Shown here: positions 13,760 to 24,611 of the stretch, one piece after another
Layout of the letters: every line of letters begins with the position of its first letter
Numbering within the stretch: the first letter of the stretch is position 1
Assembly (NCBI GenBank): GCA_030710605.1
Contig: CP092864.1
Coordinates: forward strand, 139,423,418-139,487,417
Reading direction: 5' to 3'
DNA from: Cordylochernes scorpioides
Lineage: Eukaryota
Length of the DNA: 64,000 nt
The notes under the pieces: generated by a model
The model's input: the letters and a program-made list of their open reading frames with translations, nothing else
Database searches by the model: none
Told to the model about the DNA's origin: nothing
Translations under genes and position numbers: made by a program

Positions 13760-14364
13760 CATATAAGAACATATTTTAACACTTTCACCATTTTATAAAA
13801 GATCTAATAAATAAATATTTAGTTTAAAAAAGCTACAATTTTTGGATTGTTCCATTAAAAAAAAATGCACAATAAATATAATAAGTTTTATTGACCAGAC
13901 AAAAACAATTTTTTATATATATAAACAGGCAAACCTCTTTAATTCAACACCTCAATGGTTAGATACTTTGTGTTTGAATTAAATTAGATGTTGAATTATA
14001 GTTGTCTAAATTATAGTAAATACTTTAGAGTGTGAGGATTTTTGAAAAAAAAAAGCTTAATTATATATGAACTGTTGAATTAAGAGTTGAATTAAAGAAG
14101 TTATACTGCATATATAATAGTCAAAAGAAATTAAATATATATCTATAAAAATTTATATACCTTTTTTTTTTCAATTGAAACTTTTACATGTGACATGTTA
14201 ATTTCATTTAGCACATATAAGATTAGGTTTCTTTAAAAATTTGAATTGTAAGAACATGAGATTAGTTTATTTAAATTCAAATAATAAAAATTTCCAATTA
14301 CTAATTATAGATTTTACATTGGTTACCTGGCAACAATAAAAATTGTGTTCCTCCAATTTAAATA

Positions 14365-14538
14365 CAGTAGAACCTCTATGAGAGGACACTTGCGTTAGAG
14401 GACACCTCTCTACAAAGGACAATTTTCATTTTCAAAATTTCCCATTTTTACTATTTATCAACTTTCTGGTAAGAGGACACATCTCCCTAAAGGAGACTTT
14501 CTCTGAAATTAGATATCCTTTACAGGGAGGTTGTACTG
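14365..14538 (+). mobile_element. MITE family A copy
   Basis: TIRs cagtagaacctc / gggaggttgtactg. Confidence 0.75.
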
Positions 14539-15510
14539 TATTATCAAATAAAGATATTTTTATCTTATTTTTTTAAGCTTTACTTAGATGCCCTAGTTCA
14601 ACAGAATATAAAGTTGAGACATTTCAATGAGAATCCCAAAAATATAGTACAAGATAACAAATCCAATTATAAGTAATAGATATTGATGTTCATTAAAAAA
14701 TAATCCCTTGTTGTTGTTTCTTATCCCCATGTGTAAAGATTACACAAATTCCATGAGTCCATGCTCCTCGAGCTGTTTAATGATAAGCAGCAGCCTCTCC
14801 TAAAGGTCCATGATCCCTTGTATTGATATTAAAGTGAAAAAATCCCAGAGATAAATTAAAGAAAAAAGGCATCTTCTGATCACCTACAACTAAAAGGAGA
14901 TGTCCTAATTCATCCACTTGATCCCTCCACAATTTCACTTTTGTCATATTTATTCCAAGGATAAGAATCTGGCTATGTAGTTGCTCTTCCACAAAAAAAA
15001 AAAATCACAACAAAAGAATTCATTCAAATTTATTCTGTATATATTATTTTAAATAGCAATGTAAGTCTCAACCTTATACATATGTACAGAAGTAGGGCAA
15101 ATTTATAAATTTGTTTCTAGGAGAGAGAAACAAAAAAGTCTTCTAACAACAATCATTATAACAACAAATAGAAAAATTAACAACAAAAAATAAGAATTTT
15201 GACATTCATGTAGCTATGTATATATATATAAAATAACACTAATTAAAAAAAAAAAGAAGAGTGTTGTGCCTAAATAACTACTACTTGCCAACTTCACATT
15301 TCCTGGTGTGTGCTGTGTGACCAGAGAGGAAGAGGTGAACAAAGAAATGTGAGTAACGTGGCCACCAAAAAAAATATAAAAAGTGTATAAAAAAGGAAGG
15401 ATCCCTGAAACCCCTGAAGTAGAGGAACATCACCACTAGGAAGGAAGTCAAGCTAGACACACAAACACACCGATATGTTAAAGGAGGGGCAAAAAGAAGA
15501 AATTCCTATA

Positions 15511-15667
15511 CAGTAGAACCTTCCTTTAGCTGACACCTCTCCACAAAGGACAGTTTTTATTTGCAAAATTACCATTTTTACAATTTAACAACTCTCCGGT
15601 AAGAGGACACCTCTCCCTAAAGGACACTTTGCAATTAGGTGTTGTCCTCTACAGGGAGGTTCTACTG
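15511..15667 (+). mobile_element. MITE family A copy
   Basis: cagtagaaccttcc...gggaggttctactg. Confidence 0.75.
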
Positions 15668-15779
15668 TATAATATATGAAGAGCATCTTCTGAGTCATGC
15701 ACCTAATCACAGCAGATAAAAGCAATTTATCAGTTATGAATAGCAACAAAAATTCTTCTTGATACATCAAGTGAAACTA

Positions 15780-15850
15780 ACTACATACGCGGCAGTTTGG
15801 GCTGTTGGCTTTTGTCAGCGCGGTGCAGGTTGTACCTCCACGACCTATCA
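15780..15850 (-). repeat. Degenerate HHR-family fragment (inverted)
   Basis: rc = ggtcgtggaggtacaacctgcaccgcgctgacaaaagccaacagcccaaactgccgcgtatgtag. Confidence 0.5.
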
Positions 15851-15889
15851 ATGTGGTCTTAGAGTCTTCTTGATGGATAAAAGATAATT

Positions 15890-16540
15890 CAAGACCCCAA
15901 GGATAGCACACTATATGAAACAAGAGAATGTGAAGAATATATATGTTATATTAAAATAATTTATTTAAAATGTTACATTAAAATATTATTTTATTTAAAA
16001 TTATATATCATAGATTCAAATATTCTGCTAAATCGACCGCCAGAGGTCACGCTTTGCATATAAAAACTCATTGTTTTACCCCGTTGGTCGGCTCAAAACT
16101 TTGTACATTATGTAAATAATCTTTTATGTGAGCAATAGTTACCCAGAATTATTTGAAAAAGTAAAAATTAAAACAGGTAAATAGTTTCTTTTTATTTATA
16201 TTGCAAGCTTTCGAGCAATTATACTGCTCTTCAACGGGCGGATATTCTTTGTACAAACTCTAAATAAAATATATACAGGATAGCACACTATATGAAACAA
16301 GAGAATGTGAAGAATATATATGTTATATTAAAATAATTTATTTAAAATGTTACATTAAAATATTATTTTATTTAAAATTATACAGTGTATATATATTATT
16401 TAGAGTTTGTACAAAGAATATCCGCCCGTTGAAGAGCAGTATAATTGCTCGAAAGCTTGCAATATAAATAAAAAGAAACTATTTACCTGTTTTAATTTTT
16501 ACTTTTTCAAATAATTTTTTGTTTTCTTTGTTCACTCGCC
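15890..16540. repeat. Composite foldback with direct repeats (15900-16010 / 16282-16390) and inverted repeats (16130-16262 / 16395-16530)
   Basis: ggatagcacactatatgaaacaagagaatgtgaag... is duplicated in direct orientation; gcaagctttcgagcaattatactgctcttcaacgggcggatattctttgtacaaactc has its reverse complement downstream. Confidence 0.75.
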
Positions 16541-16962
16541 TTAAGCCAGGCATAACTTTTTACCAAATTATGTTTTTATATATTCCTTTAGCACAATAAA
16601 AGCAATTACTGATCAAAACCATTTTTATTATTATTATATCAAGAATTTAACCACGACTGCATCACCATTACCATACCATAATCCTCAACATGATCTAAAA
16701 TTCAAGCAGAAAATCAAATCTCTTTTTATTTATATAAGATATATATGTGGTGATTTGTGAAACAATCATGGAGGTTGTGATGAGTGACACACAGGAGACA
16801 GTATATATTTATTTGGTCTTATTTTCTTGTAGTTCCCATTCAAAATTCTATGTGTTTGTGGAATCTCGAATTCCCAATTATATTTATCAGTCAAATGACA
16901 ATGTATCCATAAAAAAAGATCACATAAAAATTAATTTTGAAAATAGAGCAATCCATAGATAA

Positions 16963-17183
16963 ATCTTTAATTAAAAAGGCATATATTGGATCAAAATATC
17001 ATTTATTTTACCAATATTTCAGTTGGCTGAACGCCAACCTTTATCAAGGTTATAACATTTTAAAGTGTGTCAACAACTTTGACATACTTTAAAATGTTAT
17101 AACCTTGATAAAGGTTGGCGTTCAGCCAACTGAAATATTGGTAAAATAAATGATATTTTGATCCAATATATGCCTTTTTAATT
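16963..17183. repeat. 220-bp near-perfect hairpin (foldback MITE); related copies at 2936-3250 and 6210-6300
   Basis: aatctttaattaaaaaggcatatattggatcaaaatatcatttattttaccaatatttcagttggctgaacgccaacctttatcaaggttataacattttaaagtgtgtcaacaa | ttgttgacacactttaaaatgttataacc... Confidence 0.8.
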
Positions 17184-17542
17184 AAATAAAAATTAATATT
17201 AACTATTAATTTATGTGAATTAGGTCTCATTTTATTGTAGCTATAATCTACTAGCCGAATGACCCGGGCAACGCCAGTGTTTTACCCGATTGAATGTTTT
17301 TATTCAAATACTATTTGTTACAATTATAAATTGGCGCCTTATATAAATGCATATATTAGTTAATAACTATAGCCTATGTGCTTTATCTGTCTATGTACTG
17401 TTGGCTTCCGTAGGCGTCTCTTACTGGGAAAAAGAAAGAGAGGATTCCATTTAGTTATTAACTAATATATGCATTTATTTAAGGAGCGACCCGCTCCAAC
17501 ACAATAGTTACAAAAACGAAAATGCAAGTGGGGGAGGAATGA

Positions 17543-17566
17543 TGGGGGGGGGGGGGGGGGGGGCAA
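17543..17566 (+). repeat. Homopolymer G tract, about 23 nt
   Basis: atggggggggggggggggggggggcaaagg. Confidence 0.9.
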
Positions 17567-18343
17567 AGGTGGCGTGATCATAGCCAACCAATAGGAGGGC
17601 GCCATTTCAAAAAAAAGCAAACGGTGACAGAGATGAAAACTGATGACTGATTGTTGATTAGGAGATGAGGAATGACGCTCGTAACTGTATATAGAATAAT
17701 CCAAATACTGTGTCTTATCATGCTCACAACTCCTTTCTTCATCAGAATCTTCTGAATATAATTTTATAAATTGAGAAAAATAACATCTAAGGAAGCATTA
17801 ATTATTCAAAGTTATATTCCTAGTTTTGTGTGCTCACCCATTGTTTAATTTTACATTTTTTGAATCCAAACAAGATGAAGAGTAATACTCTTATAAAAAT
17901 GACTAATTATATATATATTTCTCATTCAAAAATGATAAAGCACCATTTGGATTATAGATTATAGCTACAAGAAAATAAGATCAAATCCAAATAAATTAAT
18001 AGTGTGTGAAGTTTCGGTAACAACACTGTTACCGAAACTTCACACACTTAATTTATTTGAATTTGGTCTTATTTTCTTGTAGTTCCCATTCAAAATTCTA
18101 TGTGTTTGTGGATTCACTAATTCCCAATTATTCAGTATATTTATCAGTCAATATTTATCAGTCTATGTGTTTGTGGATTCACTAATTCCCAATTATTCAG
18201 TATATTTATCAGTCAAATGACAATTTATCCATAAAAAAAATCACATAAAAATGTATTTTTGCTAGGAGAGTAATAAATTCTCCCAGTGAATGTGTTGGAC
18301 AATATGTAAATTAGTAAAAAGGCAGGTTCAACAACAAGGAGTA

Positions 18344-18670
18344 CAGTGGAACTTCCATGAGAGGACACTCACACTAGAGAATATCTCTTTACAAAAGAGG
18401 ACAGTTTTCTTTGACAAAATGACCATTTTTACTATTTAGCAACTCTTGGGTAAGAGGAAATCTCTTTTAAAAAGATAGTCTTCTTTGACAAAATGACCAT
18501 TTTTTACTATTTAACAAGTCTCTGGTTAGAGGACATCTCTCTACAAAAGATAGTCTTTAACAAAATGACCATTTTTACTATTTAGCAACTCTCCAGTAAG
18601 AGGACATCTCTTTACAAAGGACAGTCTTCTTTGACAAAATGACCATTTTTACTATTTAACAACTCTCCAG
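18344..18670 (+). mobile_element. MITE family A copy with 4x internal ~60-bp sub-repeat expansion, split by a SINE insertion (remainder at 18983-19071)
   Basis: cagtggaacttcc... then repeated gacagt(c/t)ttctttgacaaaatgaccatttttactatttaacaactct blocks. The MITE resumes after the SINE poly-A. Confidence 0.7.
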
Positions 18671-18982
18671 GGGGGTCGGTGGAAGGCTGGTTAAACCTTT
18701 TGGTTTTCGACCACTACGACCCGGGTTCGATTCCCGCATTGGACACTTTTTTCTGTTTAAAAAAAAAATGCTCCAATGGCCCCCGATTCTTGCAAAAGTC
18801 CAACCCAACCAGCAAGTGCAAGTAACCAAACGGGGCGCTGGCACATTTGTAAGTGCAAAGTCGAACTGCTTTTCACATGTGTAGACATGTGGTGCACTTA
18901 CAGTAAAAGCAGTCGCCTATTTCTACCCACCATGATTATCATGGCCTGTACCACGTGTACTAGGGATAAGCAAAAAAAAAAA
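18671..18982 (+). mobile_element. tRNA-derived SINE (full length, poly-A tail) inserted into a MITE, with 11-bp TSD caactctccag
   Basis: Head ggggtcggtggaaggctggttaaacc...gggttcgattcccgcattggacac carries a B-box. The body is ...tgctccaatggcccccgattcttgcaaaagtcc...actagggataagc(a)n. The TSD is found at 18660-18670 and 18983-18993. Confidence 0.85.
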
Positions 18983-19098
18983 ACAACTCTCCAGTAAGAG
19001 GATAACTCTCTGTAAAGTACACTTTGTCTCTACAACTATGTGTTGTCTATTACAGAGAGATAGTTCTACTGAGACAGGTAGCAGCAGCTCAACAAGGG

Positions 19099-19215
19099 TC
19101 AGTTACCATGTTCCGGCCGGCTCAGGAAACCCAGAGCCGTGTTGAAGAGGCTGAGAGGAGTCTTGCCATCTGTGATGAGGGTGGATTGGAGGCCCAGGCT
19201 CTGGAGGAGTTTCAC
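19099..19215 (-). CDS. MVP: MVP exon 13 (terminal; TGA at 19101..19099)
   Basis: Acceptor ttgctgcag|GTG; translates to [39 protein letters not shown] possible alternative donor CATG|GTAACT at about 19107 could lengthen the C-terminus. The plus-strand ORF 19024..19242 is the antisense shadow. Confidence 0.75.
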   Translation of the reverse strand: MKLLQSLGLQSTLITDGKTPLSLFNTALGFLSRPEHGN

Positions 19216-19439
19216 CTGCAGCAACAACGTATGTTGACTTGAGCTGACAGTATATCCCAAAAATCCACAATCATTATGTTGATATTCCTACCAAACTACA
19301 TTTGGGGAGGAAAATAGACCTATAAACAATTACAGCTAAATCTCTTTAATTCAACAGGCAGGGGTCGGTAACCTGCGGCTCGCAGCCACATGCGGCTCTT
19401 TGGATGTGAAGCTGAGTGTAGTACTCTTATAAATACTGA

Positions 19440-20045
19440 TTTAATACACAATAAAATCCTAAATAATTGCAATTAGATATTCAATGAATGAAAGGAAGAA
19501 AAAATTGCAACGAGTTTCTTTATTCTGAATGTTGGCAAGCTTTCAGGCGTTAGCCTATCTTCAGGCCGATTTCGCAAAAAAATATATATACAAATAACAC
19601 AAAATCTAAACTATATATAAGGTGTAGAACTAATCCTACCGGAGTAAATTAAACAAATTGTAATAAAATATATTGTATACAACACAAAATCTAAACTATA
19701 TATAAGGTGTAGAACTAATCCTACCGGAAGTAAATTAAACAAATTGTAATAAAATATATTGTATACAACACAAAATCTAAACTATAGGTGTAGAACTAAT
19801 CCTACCGGAAGTAAATTAAACAAATTGTAATAAAATATATTGTATACAACGATACAATCGTTGTATACAATATATTTTATTACAATTTGTTTAATTTACT
19901 TCCTTATATATAGTTTAGATTTTGTGTTGTTTGTATATATATTTTTTGCGAAATCGGCCTGAAGATAGGCTAACGCCTGAAAGCTTGCCAACATTCAGAA
20001 TAAAGAAACTCGTTGCAATTTTTTCTTCCTTTCATTCATCAAATA
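19440..20045. repeat. ~600-bp foldback/long hairpin with internal 3x 63-bp tandem repeat; centre about 19857
   Basis: 19445-19855 is the reverse complement of 19860-20045 (gcaacgagtttctttattctgaatgttggcaagctttcaggcgttagcc / ggctaacgcctgaaagcttgccaacattcagaataaagaaactcgttgc). Confidence 0.8.
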
Positions 20046-21577
20046 CTGATTTATGTAAGTACTATTTAATTTGAAATGAAGGCGATAAAAACGTGGTGAT
20101 TTTCTTTTAATGGTAAAAACACAACTTTCAGGCAAGAATGGCCTTCTTCAGGTTACAACTTGGAAATATTTTAAAACTATGGATATGAAAGATAGCCCAA
20201 TACAGTAGGTAAATAGTTCAGCTGGGGGGATTGGCGAGGTAAAACACGGAGTATTGGGGTGGGAGGTCTCTTTTTTTCGGTTAAAACTGGGCATGCAGTG
20301 CGAGACCAAAGATCCAAGGACTAGGCGCTGATACTTGTTCCTGACGCCCTTGTACTATTTAATGTTGAAAATAAAAAAAAATGTATGGCTCTTTAAAAAC
20401 TTTGAGATTTTGGAAAATGTAATTTTGCCTAAGGGAAAGGTGCTGGGAAAGGGAAAATGTAATTTTGTCTAAGGGAAAGGTGCTTCCTGTTGAATTAAAG
20501 AAGTTATATACTCTTCAATCATCTGTTATAGAAGGTACAATTCAGTGCTTCCTGTTGAATTAAAGAAGTTATATACTCTTCAATCATCTGTTATAAAAGG
20601 TACAATTTAGATTATAGATTAGAAACATAAGGTAACACGACCACATCCAAATAAATAGTGTGTGAAGTTTCAAGTAACAGTGTTCCTCCCTCATTAGGCA
20701 TAATTAATTTATTTGGATATGTAACATGCTTTGTATTTATTTATGTAAAATATTTAATTATTCTTTTTGATTTTTCTACATAGTTAGGTAGTCGGCAATA
20801 CTTTACTTTCTTTCTTTTTGTAATTTTGCATAAGTTTTGTTTATATATTATGGTTAATCTTGTAATTAAATTAAGTATTTATTTATTTAACAGTTGGGAG
20901 AGACACGCCATATCCACAATTTGGATAATTGCGTGTATATTTTAAATTATATACAATTAATACAATTGAACATTGGGAATCATTAAAATTAAACGTTCGA
21001 TGTCAATTTTTACATATAGTAATTATAAGTAGTAGCTTGAAATATGTACGGTCAACACTTTTGCCTCAAAATATACATCCTGCAGAATCTATTAAACTTG
21101 ATGTATTGGTCTTTATTGCAAGCAGCTTGTTTTGTATTAGTCAGGTAAAGTTGGTTTTCTTCCCTTAGATCAGAAGTTAATGGACAGTTTATCAGAAGGT
21201 GTTCAGGGGTTTGTTGTTCGATTCCACAAGTGCATGCAGGTGAATCAATTTTGCCAATTCTAAACAAATATGTGTTGAAGTCACCATGTCCAGTAAAAAA
21301 TTGAACGTTATAGAAGTTGGGTTGAACATAATATTAAAACATAAAGTATTGTGACTATCCCTTATTTATAAATAGGAAACATTACAGGGATACGATCTTG
21401 TTACCTTATGTTTCTAATCTATAATCCAAATTGTATGTCATCATTGTGTGAAAAGGGCTGATATCAAAGTGGAATAAGAAAGATAATTTAGATGAAGGAT
21501 TGGGAGACTCCAACTGAAGATAGAGTATTCAGCACATATGGCTTGTGCAACAGTTTGATGTAAAAATGGAAACAGAC

Positions 21578-21766
21578 CTGGAGCTCAGGACCAGCGGAGG
21601 CAATGGAGCGGATAGTATCCTGGCCAATGGCATCCACCATGGACTTGAACTTGTTGGCATCAATGGCCGCCAGCTCCTTGGACTTGGAGACTTCCAGTTC
21701 ATTCTGTTTGAGCTCGTAGGCCAGCTCAGCCTGCCTGGCCCGGGTGACCAGCTCCAGCTCATTATC
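21578..21766 (-). CDS. MVP: MVP exon 12
   Basis: Acceptor tgtgacag|GAT; rc translated by hand to DNELELVTRARQAELAYELKQNELEVSKSKELAAIDANKFKSMVDAIGQDTIRSIASAGPELQ. Donor CAG|GTCTGT. The plus-strand ORF 21545..21853 is its antisense shadow. Confidence 0.8.
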
Positions 21767-22918
21767 CTGTCACACATATCATCTAGGATTAAAACCTACG
21801 TTTTTTTTTTAATCAGGAAGATGGAGATCTTTAAACACGCATACATTTATTAAGACAAACTGGTCTTATAGAAGATTTTTCTTGGAGATTACAAGATGTG
21901 GAAACTGAGAACAAGAAATATATACAGAACAACAAAAAAAAAAAGGTTTTTGTACACATGATATATTACATCTATATATATATTAAAGATTTATAGACAG
22001 AATAGTTAATAACACACATTATAAATTATGGGCACTATAGAAGCTTATTGATTCTTAAGAGATCTTTAAGCAGTTACAGAGAGATGAAATCTTTATATTT
22101 CCATAACATGGGGCCAATGGCTTTCAAGATAATAGACTTTCATCAAGGTCCAAAGAATAATGAAAATGTCTTGAGAGTTGTTTACGTCACACCTAGAGAG
22201 GGGGGGCAAAGTCTGACTGTGGATAGCCAACCAACGGCAGCAGCTTACCCATCATGGAGACTTATGAACACTTAGGTAAGGGTGAGAGCTGCTGTTTTGA
22301 AAGCTAGTGGCCTATTTTATCATAATGCAGCAACTAATCACTTTCATCATAAAACAGCTCGAGGAGCATGAACTCATGGAATTCGTGTAATCTTTGCACA
22401 AGGGGATAAGAAACAACAACAACAACACTAATCTCTGTGTGTGTGGCTGTTTTAAGATCTCCTAATTTTAAATAGAACCAGCTAGCTATTCTAGCCAAAT
22501 ATATTTCATATTTTGGCACAAAAGGGAACAAAGGAAAGATACTAATACTATAAAAAATTTGAAAAGAGCAACTGATAAAATGGGATGTATCCATTTAGAA
22601 GCTTTCAGCAGTAATTATTGTCTAGATCATGAAAATTTCCAAAGGTTTCATTAATTAAGGCTTATTGTATGCATATTGTTGACACCTACACTGTAGGTTC
22701 TCTCCAATCACTGAGTGAGGATGGTATGCATTTTCTTGTATCTATAATCCAAATTGTGCTTTATCAAATCTAAACTACAAATAACATTTTCTTATCAAGC
22801 AACTGAAAGTTGCTGATGGCTTGCGCCATCTATCGGAATAAATATCAACTATTCTCGTTGATTTTTAATTATTCCAGAATTGGCCAAATACCCATTCTTG
22901 ATTAACCAAGAAAAGCTA

Positions 22919-22960
22919 ACCACGGACGCGTTTCGGGCTGTTGGCCCTCATCAGCGTGGT
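22919..22960 (-). ncRNA. Minimal type I hammerhead ribozyme motif, inverted copy (same strand as MVP)
   Basis: Plus strand reads ACCACGGACGCGTTTCGGGCTGTTGGCCCTCATCAGCGTGGT, the exact reverse complement of the HHR at 23210-23251. Confidence 0.75.
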
Positions 22961-23209
22961 GCAAGCTGTACCTCAACGACCAAAATGATAGATGGCGCAA
23001 GCCATCAGCAACTTTCAGTTGCTTGATAAGAAGAAGCCTTTTTCTTAATTTATGCACCTTATCCCAGTACAATATTACATTTGTACTATTTTTTCACATT
23101 GTGTAGCGTTCTCACGCAATTCTGGCCTTAACTACCCGTTTCATGATTTTTCAGGATGCCTTAAGGACCAATTTTTTTTTTTTTTTTTGGTCGTTGAGGT
23201 ACAGCTTGC

Positions 23210-23251
23210 ACCACGCTGATGAGGGCCAACAGCCCGAAACGCGTCCGTGGT
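23210..23251 (+). ncRNA. Minimal type I hammerhead ribozyme motif (intact core)
   Basis: ACCACG-CUGAUGA-GGGC(CAACA)GCCC-GAAA-CGCG-UC|CGUGGU. Helix I is 6 bp (ACCACG/CGUGGU). Core C3-A9 is complete. Helix II is 4 GC pairs with a 5-nt loop. G12A13A14, A15.1/U16.1 and the GUC cleavage triplet are present. The palindromic ACGCGU helix III is typical of dimer-acting minimal HHRs. Predicted cleavage after C23245. Confidence 0.8.
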
Positions 23252-23550
23252 TAGCTTTTCTTGATTAATCAAGAATGGGTATTTGGCCAATTCTGGAATA
23301 ATTAAAAATCAACGAGAATAGTTGATATTTATTCCGATAGATGGCGCAAGCCATCAGCAACTTTCAAGTTGCTTGATAAGAAGAAGCCTTTTTCTTAATT
23401 TATGCACCTTATCCCAGTACAATATTACATTTGTACTATTTTTTCACATTGTGTAGCGTTCTCACGCAATTCTGGCCTTAACTACCCGTTTCATGATTTT
23501 TCAGGATGCCTTAAGGACCAATTTTTTTTGGTCGTTGAGGTACAGCTTGC

Positions 23551-23592
23551 ACCACGCTGATGAGGGCCAACAGCCCGAAACGCGTCCGTGGT
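23551..23592 (+). ncRNA. Minimal type I hammerhead ribozyme motif (second direct copy)
   Basis: Identical sequence to the 23210-23251 copy; predicted cleavage after 23586, 341 nt downstream of the first site. Confidence 0.8.
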
Positions 23593-23920
23593 TAGCTTTT
23601 CTTGATTAATCAAGAATGGGTATTTGGCCAATTCTGGAATAATTAAAAATCAACGAGAATAGTTGATATTTATTCCGATAGATGGCGCAAGCCATCAGCA
23701 ACTTTCAGTTGCTTGATAAGAAGAAGCCTTTTTCTTAATTTATGCACCTTATCCCAGTACAATATTACATTTGTACTATTTTTTACAAATAACATGATGA
23801 AACCAAACAAAAATTTGATATTTAGAGATCAGAGTGTGAATTAGAAAACAAAGGTAACATTAATAAAAAAAAATTAGGCAATTGCATGTCTGTCATTATT
23901 GAGAAGGGTAAATCACTTGC

Positions 23921-24164
23921 CTCTTTGATGGTGTTGGCCTCGGCTTTGAGCTTGGCCTGCTGGACAGCGGTCTCCCCCTCAATCTTGCAGGACTCGGCCC
24001 GCGCCAGAGCCTCAGCCTTGGATTGCCCACAGGCTTCCACAGTCTGGGACTGGGACTGAAGGTCCAGGAGCTCGAGGCGGGACCTCTCTGCCTTCACTTC
24101 GTCCTCAATCTTCTGTCTGGCTAGCCGGCCCTTGGCCTCTTGCTCCTGTCTCTGGGCCTCGTGT
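23921..24164 (-). CDS. MVP: MVP exon 11 (followed by GC-AG intron)
   Basis: Acceptor ggtgcag|A completes AGA (R); translates to HEAQRQEQEAKGRLARQKIEDEVKAERSRLELLDLQSQSQTVEACGQSKAEALARAESCKIEGETAVQQAKLKAEANTIKE. Donor AAAGAG|GCAAGT is a perfect GC-donor consensus; no in-phase GT alternative found. ORF 23822..24277(-). Confidence 0.75.
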
Positions 24165-24611
24165 CTGCACCACGGCACCAGGGTTACTTGTGGCCCCATA
24201 GAACACCGCACAGTATTGATTGATATATACACACTCTCTATTAATATTATATACATCGTGCATCTTGGGAACTTCAATGGTTTAGTATATAAATTATGGA
24301 TGCTAACAGACCTCTGCGAAGATCAACGGGCAACATAACAGATGATCTATGTCACAACGGTGTTATGCACTGAAGAATCTTCAGAGGAGAATACCTCTAT
24401 AAAATAACCTGGGCTGACAGTATCCAGTACAGCCTAGGGCACAGGTGAACAGCACTGTCTGCATCCATGTGAGGATCGAGTGCAAAGATGTCAGCCTCCA
24501 TGTCAAAAGCTGTCTCTTTCAGAGGTGAAAGTCAAACTGCTACAGTAACTCTAGCTTTTTATAGCCAACAGCAGTCGAACCCCTAACCCACCATGAAGGT
24601 TGAATAATATA

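Larger units (their letters stand above)
22786..23790. repeat. Tandem array of ~340-bp units each beginning with a hammerhead ribozyme motif: 1 inverted partial unit plus about 2.8 direct units; in MVP intron 11
   Basis: Unit 23189-23528 repeats at 23529-23790 and partially at 22983-23188. 22786-22982 is the reverse complement of the first ~195 bp of the unit, giving a head-to-head junction. Units end in an oligo-T run. Confidence 0.85.

Noticed and set aside
21545-21853. Plus-strand ORF of 102 aa
   Set aside because: Antisense shadow of MVP exon 12; GC-rich coding sequence stays open on the opposite strand. The same applies to ORFs 19024..19242(+), 28646..28858(+), 31101..31394(+), 38552..38839(+), 40735..40971(+) and 42936..43340(+), and to the out-of-frame minus ORFs 43208..43477, 40701..40991 and 40784..40981.
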